64,000 nucleotides of DNA from contig CAWCKL010000013.1 of NCBI GenBank assembly GCA_963796095.1, positions 55,028 to 119,027 on the forward strand. The letters are read 5' to 3'. Below the pieces are notes generated by a model, which did no database searches, had not been told where the DNA came from, and saw only the letters and a program-made list of their open reading frames with translations. The number at the start of each line of letters is the position of its first letter. Position 1 is the stretch's first letter. The position numbers were made by a program, and so were the translations under genes. Shown piece after piece: positions 1 to 9,168 of this stretch. This stretch comes from an uncultured Acidobacteriota bacterium. Its GTDB lineage: Bacteria > Acidobacteriota > Terriglobia > Terriglobales > Acidobacteriaceae.

Positions 1-1320
1 CAATTCCGCCCGATGACCTAGTGCGTCGCCGATCAGATCCTGCATGGGTACAACCGGCTCCTGCTCGGGCAGTTGCATAGTGGAGGTGGGAATCACGTCG
101 GCTCCCGCCAGCGCAGGATCTTCAAGCGTGCGGCTGAGCGCATTCTTCATCAGCAATTCCTGCAACTCCAGATTGGTTTGAGCCAGGATCAACGCTTGTT
201 GATCAGTCGACACCGTGCTCTGCGCGCTCACCACCTGGATAGGCGGCAAGGTTCCGAATTGCACCTGCTTCTGGTTGTCGGCGAGTGTCCTCTCCGCAAA
301 AGTCAGCGCCTCCTGCTGCACTCTCACATTCTCGTAGGCGTAGACCAGATCCCAATACAGGTTTTCGATTTGATCCACCGTGGTGATGACTTGCAGCCGG
401 AAGGCCACGTCAGAAATCTCGCGGTTATTTTTGGCGATCCGAATGAAGCGTGTGTTGGGGACGAAGCCGAACCCTTGAAGCAAGTTCTGTGTGAGTCTGA
501 ACTGCAAACCAGAGCTAATGCTGGGAGTGTACTCGCTGGTCGGATTGTTGGTTGTCACGTGCGTGTTGTTGAATCCTACAGCGAAGCTCGTGCCCGAATG
601 AAAGCCCTGCAGGTAGCTGAAATTGCCGGTGCCCGTGTTGGTGTTGGCGATGGGCACTGGGCTGAATACACTGGTAGATTGCGTGAAGTTCCGGTCCATC
701 TGAAGTGTGCCGGTGACCACTGGATCAAAACTAGTAATCGGCGAGCCAATACCCAGGGTCGAACTGACCAATCCGTTGGTACCGGTGCCCACGCCGCCCG
801 CAGCCACGCTCGTGCCGCCGGCTCCCGAACCGACCGTTCCGCTGAGCCCGCCCACGCCGCCACCGGGAGTGTTTTGCACGATCCCAGTGTTCACGCCGAG
901 AATGTTAGCGCCTGCGTCCGCGCGCAGAATATCCGTATCCGCGATGTTCAGGTTGTAACGTGCCAGCACCAGATCGAGATTGTTCTCCAGAGCCAGTGCA
1001 ACCGCGTCATTCATCGAAAGCATGATTTTGCCGTCACGCATCAATTGTTGCACGCGATCCGTGTTGTTTAGGTTCGGCGGTGGCACGTAACCCGGCTTGT
1101 AAGGGGCGATAACGTTGGGAAACTGGGAGCGCGGTTTCGAATAATCCACCGGGACATAGTGCTGTGGTTGTGGAGCTGGACCCGGCATGGGCTGAGGCGC
1201 TTGCGGCAACGCAGACGGCGCAGGTTGCGTAGACTGTGCCCACCCACTGACCGATAGCACACCCGCAAGTGCGAATCCGACAATTCTCCAGCTGGCGAAG
1301 TTTAATCGAAACAAAGGCAT
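1..1320 (-). CDS. TolC-family outer membrane efflux protein, paralog 1 (3' end runs off the left window edge)
   Basis: Absent from the ORF track because it is open at the window edge. My translation from the ATG at 1320-1318 (GGAGAT Shine-Dalgarno (SD) upstream) gives MPLFRLNFASWRIVGFALAGVLSVSGWAQ (signal peptide). The rest is about 75% identical by eye to the neighbouring TolC-like ORF (RIAKNNREISDVAFRLQVITTVDQIENLYWDL...). The + ORF 73..1071 is its antisense shadow. Confidence 0.85.
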   Translation of the reverse strand, partial: MPLFRLNFASWRIVGFALAGVLSVSGWAQSTQPAPSALPQAPQPMPGPAPQPQHYVPVDYSKPRSQFPNVIAPYKPGYVPPPNLNNTDRVQQLMRDGKIMLSMNDAVALALENNLDLVLARYNLNIADTDILRADAGANILGVNTGIVQNTPGGGVGGLSGTVGSGAGGTSVAAGGVGTGTNGLVSSTLGIGSPITSFDPVVTGTLQMDRNFTQSTSVFSPVPIANTNTGTGNFSYLQGFHSGTSFAVGFNNTHVTTNNPTSEYTPSISSGLQFRLTQNLLQGFGFVPNTRFIRIAKNNREISDVAFRLQVITTVDQIENLYWDLVYAYENVRVQQEALTFAERTLADNQKQVQFGTLPPIQVVSAQSTVSTDQQALILAQTNLELQELLMKNALSRTLEDPALAGADVIPTSTMQLPEQEPVVPMQDLIGDALGHRAEL

Positions 1321-1572
1321 TTCCTTATCTCCTTTTGCGTGAAACCTACTAGTGAATATTGCAGTATTTTTCAAGCTCGACATTGGATGCGTCCGAATTA
1401 TTGCGGACACACTAGAGTAGCTTTGCTCACGAGCAAATGTAGTGATGAATTGTAAAGAATTATAAAGAGTGAGTTTTCGTGAGGGTGGTCGAGGTCGCGC
1501 TATCTGCCTGCCGGACTCCCTCTCTGGGCTGGGAGCCCAGGGAGGGAAAATGCGAAACCAAGGTTGCCGGAT

Positions 1573-3696
1573 TTACTTCTGAGGTTGCGCCTGCTGCTGA
1601 GGAGTTTCCATCACCGACTTTATGTCTTGACGAGGCAAAACATGGGGCACGCTTGGCATGTGGGTTACTTGGCCGCGCTCGGCATCGTCCATAATGATGC
1701 CGTTGTGGTCCAACAACAAGCCGGTGGCCCGATCGAGTTCGATGCGCGATTTCTCGTAAGCCGACATTGCCGAAACCAGTGTTGATTCCGCGGTTGCCAG
1801 CGCCGACTGGTTTTGCAGGACCAGGGTGCTCGTCGAAGCCCCAAGATTTAATTTCTTTTGCTCCGCGTCCAACGACGTACGGCCCAATTCAACTGCGGCC
1901 TGGGCTGACGCCACCGCCGCCCGGTTTTGCGTCAGTGTGAACTGTGCGTTCCGCACCTCGATGCGGATCTCATTCTCGATCTGCTGCAGACGCATTTGCG
2001 CCTGCCGATATTCCATCTCTGAACGAATTTGTGTGGCTTGACCAGCGCGGTTGCGTATCGGGATGTTCAAGGTTAGGCCTACGCCCTTATCAGGAGCGCT
2101 CGAATCAACTGTTTGGTTCAGGGCGGTCAGATAGCTTACAGGCTGGGCCGGTGGAATGTAGCTGGGGCTAGTGACTGGTATGGGTGGTCCGGCGCAACCA
2201 AAGGCTTGTTGGAGGGACGACAAGTTGGCGCAGAGATTCGCTGAATTCTGCGCGCCCGCCAAACCAGAACCTCCATAGTAGGCAAAAAGGTCAAGCGTTG
2301 GCAGCAGGGCGCTCCGAACCGCTTTATTGCTGACTTCCTGGCTGGCCAAATTAATTCGCGCTTCGGCTAGCTCTGGGCGGTGGCCTAAAGCGTCGTTTAC
2401 CAGGTCTTGTGTGGGCGTGACTTCTTCTTGCGCGGAAAGTTGTATGGTCGACGTAGGAATTACCTCGGCGTCGGCTAATCGAGGGTCCACCAGCGTACGG
2501 CTAAGCGCATTTTTCATCAGCAGTTGCTGCAGTTGAAGGTTATTCTGAGCCTGGATCAGACTCTGTTGGTCCGCAGCCACCGTGCTCTGCGCGCGAACCA
2601 CTTCGATGGGAGCCAGACTGCCGATCTGCACCTGCTTCTGAGTATCCGACAGCGTTTTTTGGGCAAATGCGAGCGACTCCTGCTGCACCCTCACATTTTC
2701 GTAGGTGAAAACCAGATCCCAGTACATGTTTTCGATCTGATCTACAGTCGTGATAACTTGCAGCCGGAAAGCAACGTCGGTAACTTCCCGGTTGTTCTTC
2801 GCAATTCGGATAAACCGGTTGTTAGCGGCGAAACCCAGTCCCTGCAAAAGATGTTGCGTCAGTCGAAACTGGAATCCCGTATTGAGCAGCGGGCTTAACG
2901 CTGTGAATGGGCTGTTCGTACTCTGGCGGAAGTTGTTAAAGCCGACGGACAAGTTGGTGCCGGATTGGAATCCCTGCGTGTAGGCGAAATTATAGGTCTG
3001 TGTGTTCTGCGACAAAACTGGAACTCCAATGAACACGCTGCTGGCCAGTTGATTGAAGTGGTCCCATTGCAGGCCGCCGGTCAAGATGGGATCGAAACTC
3101 GTAATCTGCGGCCCGAGACCCAGCGTAGACCCGACTAACCCTCCAAGCCCAGCGCCTGCGCCGCCCGCGCCGGCAGTGGTGCCGCCCGCGCCCGCACCCG
3201 ATCCGGCCTGCACCCCTAAACCGCCAACACCACCGCCCGGTGTGTTCTGCACCGTCCCCGCAAACACGCCCAGAATGGCCGCGCCCGCCTTGGCCCGCAG
3301 GACATCCGTATCGGCGATGTTCAGGTTGTAGCGTGCAATCCCGATGTCCAGATTGTTTTCCAGGGCCAGCGCGACCGCATCATCGATCGAGAGCATGAGC
3401 TTGCCGTTTTGCATAAGCTGCTCAATTCGCGGCGTATTGTTCAGGTTGGGTGGCGGCAGGTATCGCGGCTTGTAAGGAGCGAGTGGGTTTGGAAAGTACC
3501 CTTGTGGCTTGTCAAAATTTTCCAGATGGAACTGCTGCGGCTGCGGCGCCTGCACCGGCGTGGATTGAGGCGTCGCGGACGAAGCCGGTGGCGCGGACTG
3601 GGCTGAATCTTGTGCCCAACCGTTAACAGCTAGCACGCCGGCGAGCATCATTGCAACGACCAGACGACAGGCAGAATTCAAAGCAGACAAAGACAT
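1573..3696 (-). CDS. TolC-family outer membrane efflux protein, paralog 2
   Basis: 721-aa ORF. The likely start is the internal ATG at 3696 (MSLSALNSACRLVVAMMLAGVLAVNGWAQ), preceded by GGAGAT, the same SD as paralog 1. Signal peptide, Gly-rich loop, and long Leu/Gln/Ala helical repeats typical of TolC/OEP proteins. Confidence 0.9.
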   Translation of the reverse strand: MSLSALNSACRLVVAMMLAGVLAVNGWAQDSAQSAPPASSATPQSTPVQAPQPQQFHLENFDKPQGYFPNPLAPYKPRYLPPPNLNNTPRIEQLMQNGKLMLSIDDAVALALENNLDIGIARYNLNIADTDVLRAKAGAAILGVFAGTVQNTPGGGVGGLGVQAGSGAGAGGTTAGAGGAGAGLGGLVGSTLGLGPQITSFDPILTGGLQWDHFNQLASSVFIGVPVLSQNTQTYNFAYTQGFQSGTNLSVGFNNFRQSTNSPFTALSPLLNTGFQFRLTQHLLQGLGFAANNRFIRIAKNNREVTDVAFRLQVITTVDQIENMYWDLVFTYENVRVQQESLAFAQKTLSDTQKQVQIGSLAPIEVVRAQSTVAADQQSLIQAQNNLQLQQLLMKNALSRTLVDPRLADAEVIPTSTIQLSAQEEVTPTQDLVNDALGHRPELAEARINLASQEVSNKAVRSALLPTLDLFAYYGGSGLAGAQNSANLCANLSSLQQAFGCAGPPIPVTSPSYIPPAQPVSYLTALNQTVDSSAPDKGVGLTLNIPIRNRAGQATQIRSEMEYRQAQMRLQQIENEIRIEVRNAQFTLTQNRAAVASAQAAVELGRTSLDAEQKKLNLGASTSTLVLQNQSALATAESTLVSAMSAYEKSRIELDRATGLLLDHNGIIMDDAERGQVTHMPSVPHVLPRQDIKSVMETPQQQAQPQK

Positions 3697-3964
3697 TCGC
3701 TTATCTCCATGCATTAGAACTGCTCGTGATGACGGCAAAGGCTTCTCTAGGTCAAGAGTTATTACGCAAAACAGCCCTCCCGGGTTTCATTTTTGTATTG
3801 TCCGGGCAAGGCGCCGCGTTTCGTCGTAGACCGCCACGTGGAATGCAATAGTATAGCTGACGCGGCACTTGATTCAGCTCCGGTCCAACCGATTGCAACA
3901 AATTTGCAAAGACTTGTAAGCCGTTTCGATGTCGAATTGAGGAGAAAAACTCCAGGCAATCCTC

Positions 3965-4726
3965 ATGCGCAATTTCAAAATCGTTCTGGCGTATGACGGC
4001 TCGGAATTTTCCGGATGGCAGGTTCAGCCGGACGCCGCCACAATCCAGGGCACTCTGGCCTCGGCTATTGGACGATTGACCGGCGAAAAGGTTTTGCCTC
4101 AAGGTTCCGGACGCACCGACACTGGGGTTCACGCCCTCGCCCAAGTAGCCACCTTTGCCATGGAGTCGCCCATACCGCCGCAGAATCTGGTGAAAGCGCT
4201 GAATGATATGCTGCCGCGTTCCATTCGCGTGCTCGAGGCCGCCGAGGCGCCGCCTGAGTTTCACGCCCGCAAGTCTGCCCGTGCGAAAACCTACCAGTAC
4301 CGCATCCATCGCGGTGCCGTCTGTCCGCCTTTTCTGGCCCGCTACGTGTGGCACTATCCCTATCCGCTCGACGAAGATGCGATGGGACGAGCGGCTGGAT
4401 TCGTCGTCGGCGAACATGACTTCACTTCCTTTGCAGCAGTAGATTCGGAACGCGGTCGCGAGGATGAAATTTCTGATCCACGCACCAACATGCGGCGGAT
4501 CTTCGCCTCAACCTGGGAGCGCACAGGAGAGGAACGGCTGTATGTGGTCCGTGGCAGCGGGTTCTTGCACCACATGGTAAGGAACCTCGTGGGGACGTTC
4601 ATACTGGTTGGAAAAGGCACCTTGAAGCCGGAGGATGTGGCCACGATTCTGGAAGCGCGAAATCGATCAACTGCGGGAGCAACTGCGCCTGCGAATGGGC
4701 TCTATCTGGTGAGTGTCGAATATTAG
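3965..4726 (+). CDS. truA: tRNA pseudouridine(38-40) synthase TruA
   Basis: MRNFKIVLAYDGSEFSGWQVQP and GSGRTDTGVHA (catalytic Asp motif). The 253-aa length fits TruA. Confidence 0.95.
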   Translation: MRNFKIVLAYDGSEFSGWQVQPDAATIQGTLASAIGRLTGEKVLPQGSGRTDTGVHALAQVATFAMESPIPPQNLVKALNDMLPRSIRVLEAAEAPPEFHARKSARAKTYQYRIHRGAVCPPFLARYVWHYPYPLDEDAMGRAAGFVVGEHDFTSFAAVDSERGREDEISDPRTNMRRIFASTWERTGEERLYVVRGSGFLHHMVRNLVGTFILVGKGTLKPEDVATILEARNRSTAGATAPANGLYLVSVEY

Positions 4727-4734
4727 ATACTTGT

Positions 4735-6351
4735 GTGGCACGGGCGCCCCGCGCCGGCGTAAACTTTTCACGGGATATGGTTACCGATCTTCAAATCATG
4801 GCTCGCAAAGTGGTCTCTGTGAATCCCGCGACCGGGGAGACACTGCGCGAATTTGAATGTGCCTCTGAGCGGGACGTTCAGGCTGCAGTGGCTCGGGCTC
4901 GCGCCGCTCAGCCCGCGTGGAACGAATTGGGAGTGCGCCGACGAGTCGCGATCCTTCGCGAGTTTCAACGAGTGCTCCACGAGAGGAAATCGGAAGTCGC
5001 CGCTCTGATTACTCGCGAGGCCGGCAAGCCGATGGTAGAAGCGCTGCTTACGGAAGTTCTGGTCGTGTTGGATGCTACGCGCTTCTGTGTCGAAAATGCC
5101 TTTGCGTTCTTGCGGGAACGGCCGGTTCCGCACGGCAATCTAGCCATGAAAACCAGGACGGGGCGCATTCTGCGCGAGCCGCATGGAGTGATTGGGATTG
5201 TCTCGCCGTGGAATTATCCGTTCTCCATTCCTGCCACGGAATCGTTGTCCGCACTCGTAACCGGAAATGCGGTGGTGCTGAAGCCATCAGAACTCACTTC
5301 CCTGACCGCTGTGGAACTGGCTTCATTGCTGCATCAGGCCGGCGTGCCGAAGGATGTATTTCAAGTCATCGTTGGCGATGGTTCCACGGGCTCGGCGTTG
5401 CTGAACGCGGAAATCGATAAGCTGATCTTTACCGGAAGCGTTGCTACGGGCAAGCGTATTGCGCCGGCTGTTGCGGCGCGCTTGCTTCCAGTCGTGCTCG
5501 AGCTAGGCGGAAAAGATCCCATGCTGGTGCTCGATGACGCGGATGTGGACGTTGCGTCCAGCGGCGCGGTCTGGGGCGCGTTCGTGAATTGCGGACAAGC
5601 TTGTCTTTCGGTCGAGCGTTGTTACGTGCATCGCAGCTTGTATGAGGCATTCCTCAACGCTTGCGTGCGAAAAACCAAACAACTGCGTGTTGGCAACGGG
5701 ACTGATCTGCAAATCGACGTTGGCCCGCTGATCCACGAGCGCCAAACGCGGAATGTCGAGGCGCAGGTTGAAGAAGCGTGCAGGCACGGCGCGCGCGTGC
5801 TGACCGGAGGTTCACGGCTCGCACAGCTGGGATCGAATTTTTACGCTCCGACCGTGCTGGCTAACGTCACCCATGCCATGCATATCATGCGCGAGGAGAC
5901 GTTTGGTCCCGTTCTTCCAGTGATGCCGTTCGACAGCGACGAAGAGGCCATCCGGTTGGCCAACGATTCTGACTTTGGTCTCGCTGCCAGTGTTTGGACG
6001 CGTGATCGTGCCCGCGGAGAGTCATTGGCGCGGCGCATCCATGCGGGGACGGTCATGGTGAACGACGCGGTCGCCTGCTTCGGCATCAGCGAGGCTCCCC
6101 ATGGTGGCGTGAAGGCCAGCGGCATGGGGCGCACCCACGGGCGCTTCGGCATGGAAGAAATGGTGCGCATCAAGCACGTGGATTCCGACCGTCTGCCGGG
6201 AATGAAGAAAATCTGGTGGTACGGGTACGGCCAAGGGTTCACGCGACAGATGGACGGATTTCTCGATCTCATGTTCGCTCGCGGGCTTGGCCAAAAACTG
6301 CGAGGTGCAGTACGCTCGGCGGGAGCGTATGTCCGAAAAGGGCGGCTCTAG
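4735..6351 (+). CDS. NAD(P)+-dependent aldehyde dehydrogenase family protein
   Basis: LELGGKDP (catalytic Glu region) and FVNCGQACLSVER (catalytic Cys). The true start may be the ATG at 4777 or 4798 rather than the GTG at 4735. Confidence 0.9.
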   Translation: MARAPRAGVNFSRDMVTDLQIMARKVVSVNPATGETLREFECASERDVQAAVARARAAQPAWNELGVRRRVAILREFQRVLHERKSEVAALITREAGKPMVEALLTEVLVVLDATRFCVENAFAFLRERPVPHGNLAMKTRTGRILREPHGVIGIVSPWNYPFSIPATESLSALVTGNAVVLKPSELTSLTAVELASLLHQAGVPKDVFQVIVGDGSTGSALLNAEIDKLIFTGSVATGKRIAPAVAARLLPVVLELGGKDPMLVLDDADVDVASSGAVWGAFVNCGQACLSVERCYVHRSLYEAFLNACVRKTKQLRVGNGTDLQIDVGPLIHERQTRNVEAQVEEACRHGARVLTGGSRLAQLGSNFYAPTVLANVTHAMHIMREETFGPVLPVMPFDSDEEAIRLANDSDFGLAASVWTRDRARGESLARRIHAGTVMVNDAVACFGISEAPHGGVKASGMGRTHGRFGMEEMVRIKHVDSDRLPGMKKIWWYGYGQGFTRQMDGFLDLMFARGLGQKLRGAVRSAGAYVRKGRL

Positions 6352-6501
6352 CCGCACGTTCTGGTCTGTCCCATTCAACGCGAGGTTGCTTAGTTGGATA
6401 GGCAAAGCGCCATTTGTTATCTATAAGGTAATAAACGTAATCGTCAGTTCTCATCCCAAAATCATGAGATCGAGGCGAGAGCCGGCAGAGCTTGACGCGC
6501 A

Positions 6502-7214
6502 GTGTACAGTTTCTGTCACTCAACTCGCGTCGAGGGGGCGACGGTCGGAGAATACTGTGAGGAGAAGACCGTGTCCACCTTCGAGCCTGACCCACAAGCG
6601 GGAGTAGTCGGTTTCCAGCTTTCTGCACTTAGAGCCTACGGCACAGAATCCGGGACAATTGAAGGAGTTGGTTTTTGGCCGCAAGCCGGCGGCACCTGTC
6701 TCGATCTGCTCGTACACATTTTGGTGGGGTTCTGTGCCGGGCTTCTGTTTACTATAGTACAAGTGATCGCCGCGGGTGGCCACCCGGACCGACTGCTTGT
6801 CTTGAAACTGCAGCAAACCACCTTCGCGTCGTTCCTCTTGGCGACACTTGGATCGCTCGTTTATCACACCGGTTGCGAGGGCCTCCACGGAAGCACGCTG
6901 GGCAAGCTTGTCCTTTCCATGGTTGTGGTGCAGGAACATGGTTCTTCCTGCCGCCTGAAAGGAGCGGTGGTGCGATCGATGGGTTATCTCTGGATGCACT
7001 CTTCTTTGGATTGGTCGGTTATTCCGAAATGCAGAAGACGTCGCTGGAACAACGGCACGGCGACGAATGGGCGCACACTGTCGTCTGCAAGCATTCAAAC
7101 GCGCCGCCGGGAAGCCTGCGGGGCGGAGGCCGGTTTGTCATGGCATTGCTTTTCGCAATCATGGCTGATGCGGCGCTGATCATTGCCGGACTTTTGCTGA
7201 AGTTGCGCGCATGA
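6502..7214 (+). pseudogene. RDD-family membrane protein with an apparent -1/+1 frameshift near 6985
   Basis: Frame 1 carries GFWPQAGGTCLDLLV... and GSTLGKLVLSMVVV. The RDD C-terminal consensus (LDALFFGLVGY...QRHGDEWAHTVV) continues in the frame of ORF 6675..7214. The two halves join at about RSMGYL / LDALFF. Confidence 0.45.
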
Positions 7215-7363
7215 TTGTGCCGATGGTCTTTCGCTCCTGGGTTGCAAGCAATCGCCAAACTAACGAATACCGGTAATCAGCGAATCTGTGCACCGCGCAA
7301 ATCGCTTCGAGTAGAATAGAGGGTTCGTAGCCGAATCCGGCGGCATGGGCCGCTTGAACCAGG

Positions 7364-7705
7364 GTGAACCTTTTGGCGACCACCGTAACGTCTGGCACAC
7401 AGACTGCTCCGCAACTCCCCAAGCACAAGGTCAAAATCAAGAAGCCGGGACAGCGGGCTTGCAATGAGAAGAATGAGAAAGGCAAGTTCTGTGGTGGGCA
7501 TCTCAAACGCTGGTTCTACACAACCGATGTGCTCGAGCAAGCGTGCGGGGATGTGGAGAAGGCTTGGGGGTGCGATGCCGAAGTCTATCGCTGCGAACAT
7601 TGCAAGACGCTTTATTTGCCGAATCCTGAGGAGTCGGGTGGTTTGAATGTGGCAGGGCCGGGACAGATTTCGATTTTCGGGTTGACAGTGCCGCCGAAGA
7701 AGTAG
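7364..7705 (+). CDS. small Cys-rich (zinc-ribbon-like) hypothetical protein
   Basis: 113-aa ORF with a GTG start. Cys pairs at ACNEKNEKGKFCGG and YRCEHC. No antisense competitor. Function unknown. Confidence 0.5.
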   Translation: MNLLATTVTSGTQTAPQLPKHKVKIKKPGQRACNEKNEKGKFCGGHLKRWFYTTDVLEQACGDVEKAWGCDAEVYRCEHCKTLYLPNPEESGGLNVAGPGQISIFGLTVPPKK

Positions 7706-7718
7706 GGCAAAATGCACT

Positions 7719-7763
7719 GCCGAGCTTTGCTCGGCTGGACAGCCGAGGGCGGCGGTTCCCACA
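7719..7763. repeat. REP-like intergenic palindromic element / possible terminator
   Basis: GCCGAGctttgCTCGGC (7719-7735) overlaps the alternative hairpin CTCGGCtggacaGCCGAG (7730-7747), followed by GGCGGCGGTTCCCACAC. It lies between the 7364 ORF stop and the 7776 start. Confidence 0.4.
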
Positions 7764-7775
7764 CGAGCGAAAAGC

Positions 7776-9020
7776 ATGCAATCTTCTGAACTCATTTACG
7801 ATTGGAACCGGATTCATCCCGCGTCGTTGCGGCCGGTGGGGCATGTTTTGCTTAACGATGAAACTCTGCGCGACGGTTTGCAGTCGCCTTCAGTGCGTAA
7901 TCCTTCCATCCAGGAGAAAATTCAGTTACTCCATCTGATGGAAACTCTGGGCATCAACTCGCTCGATCTTGGGCTGCCCGGAGCGGGGCCGCGTGCGGTC
8001 GAGCATGTGGAGGCTTTGGCGCGCGAGATTGTCGAGCACAGAATGAAGATTCGCGCCAACTGCGCGTGCCGGACCCACCCGAACGACATCCGTCCGATCG
8101 CGGAGATCGTGCAGCGTACCGGTGTAAAGATCGAAGCCGCGACATTCATTGGATCGAGTCCCATTCGTCGTTTCACGGAAAACTGGACCGACGACTTTCT
8201 GCTCGAGACGACGCAGAGCGCGGTGAAGTATGCGGTGTCGCTCGGTCTCGACGTCATGTACGTGACCGAGGACACGACGCGGTGCGATCCGGAGATGGTG
8301 AAACGGTTGTACTCGACGGCAATCAACTGTGGGGCGCGCGCCATCGTTATTTGTGACACCGCCGGACACGCCACGCCGATGGGCACATTCGCGCTGGTGC
8401 AGTTCGTGATCAAGGAAGTCGTGAAGCCTTTGGGCGAGAAGGTTCGCGTGGATTGGCACGGACATAGTGACCGAGGTTTCGCCATCGCCAATTCCATGGC
8501 GGCATTGTTCGCGGGCGCCGAATGTGTACATGCAACGGCCTTGGGAATCGGAGAAAGGGTCGGCAATACGCAGATGGACTTGATGCTGATGAATCTCAAA
8601 CTAATGGGCATTCCTCCGTGGGCGGATCAGGATCTTACTAAGTTGAAAGAGTATTGCCTGGCGGTGTCGCGGGCTACGGGCGTGCCTATTCCGGCAAACT
8701 ATCCGGTGGTGGGGGAAGATGCGTTTCGCACTGCCACCGGAGTACACGCCGCCGCAGTGATCAAAGCCTACAAAAAGAATGACATCGAACTGGCGAATAC
8801 CGTCTACTCGGGAGTGCCATCGCATGTGTTCGGGCTGGAACAGGTGATTGATGTTGGCCCTATGAGCGGGAAGTCGAACGTGTTGTTCTGGTTGGAACGG
8901 CGCGGGATTCCGGCGTCGGACGACGTGGTGGAGAGCATCTACCAGCGCGCTAAGGCGTCTGACCATACGCTTAGTGAAGCAGAAATTCTGGAGTGCGTGG
9001 AGCGGGTTGCGCCCCGCTGA
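7776..9020 (+). CDS. 2-isopropylmalate synthase / homocitrate synthase family (HMGL-like) protein
   Basis: LNDETLRDGLQSP N-terminal motif, HGHSDRGFAIAN and GIGERVGN motifs of DRE-TIM aldolases. 414 aa. Confidence 0.85.
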   Translation: MQSSELIYDWNRIHPASLRPVGHVLLNDETLRDGLQSPSVRNPSIQEKIQLLHLMETLGINSLDLGLPGAGPRAVEHVEALAREIVEHRMKIRANCACRTHPNDIRPIAEIVQRTGVKIEAATFIGSSPIRRFTENWTDDFLLETTQSAVKYAVSLGLDVMYVTEDTTRCDPEMVKRLYSTAINCGARAIVICDTAGHATPMGTFALVQFVIKEVVKPLGEKVRVDWHGHSDRGFAIANSMAALFAGAECVHATALGIGERVGNTQMDLMLMNLKLMGIPPWADQDLTKLKEYCLAVSRATGVPIPANYPVVGEDAFRTATGVHAAAVIKAYKKNDIELANTVYSGVPSHVFGLEQVIDVGPMSGKSNVLFWLERRGIPASDDVVESIYQRAKASDHTLSEAEILECVERVAPR

Positions 9021-9168
9021 ATGCTCCGCGCGAGAGCGCTCGCCCGCCGAAAGCGCGGGGGCTTCGGGATGAGGTCCTGCAAGACAACCGTTGATCTGAA
9101 CAAAGTCGGTTACGACCGCGTGAAGGCCGCATGATTTACACTGACCCCGTTCCCCACGGAGGCAGCTC

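Noticed and set aside
73-1071. 332-aa + strand ORF, with similar + strand ORFs at 2524..2898 and 3053..3331
   Set aside because: These are antisense shadows of the two TolC-like genes. Their composition is Arg/His/Gln-rich and not protein-like, while the minus strand translation is clearly TolC-family.
3752-4417. 221-aa minus-strand ORF
   Set aside because: It is antisense to truA, which has unambiguous motifs, and it shows no motifs of its own.
7180-7506. 108-aa minus-strand ORF between the RDD gene and the Cys-rich ORF
   Set aside because: Only its last about 60 residues look protein-like. It overlaps both neighbours, and no SD or motif supports it. Left uncalled.
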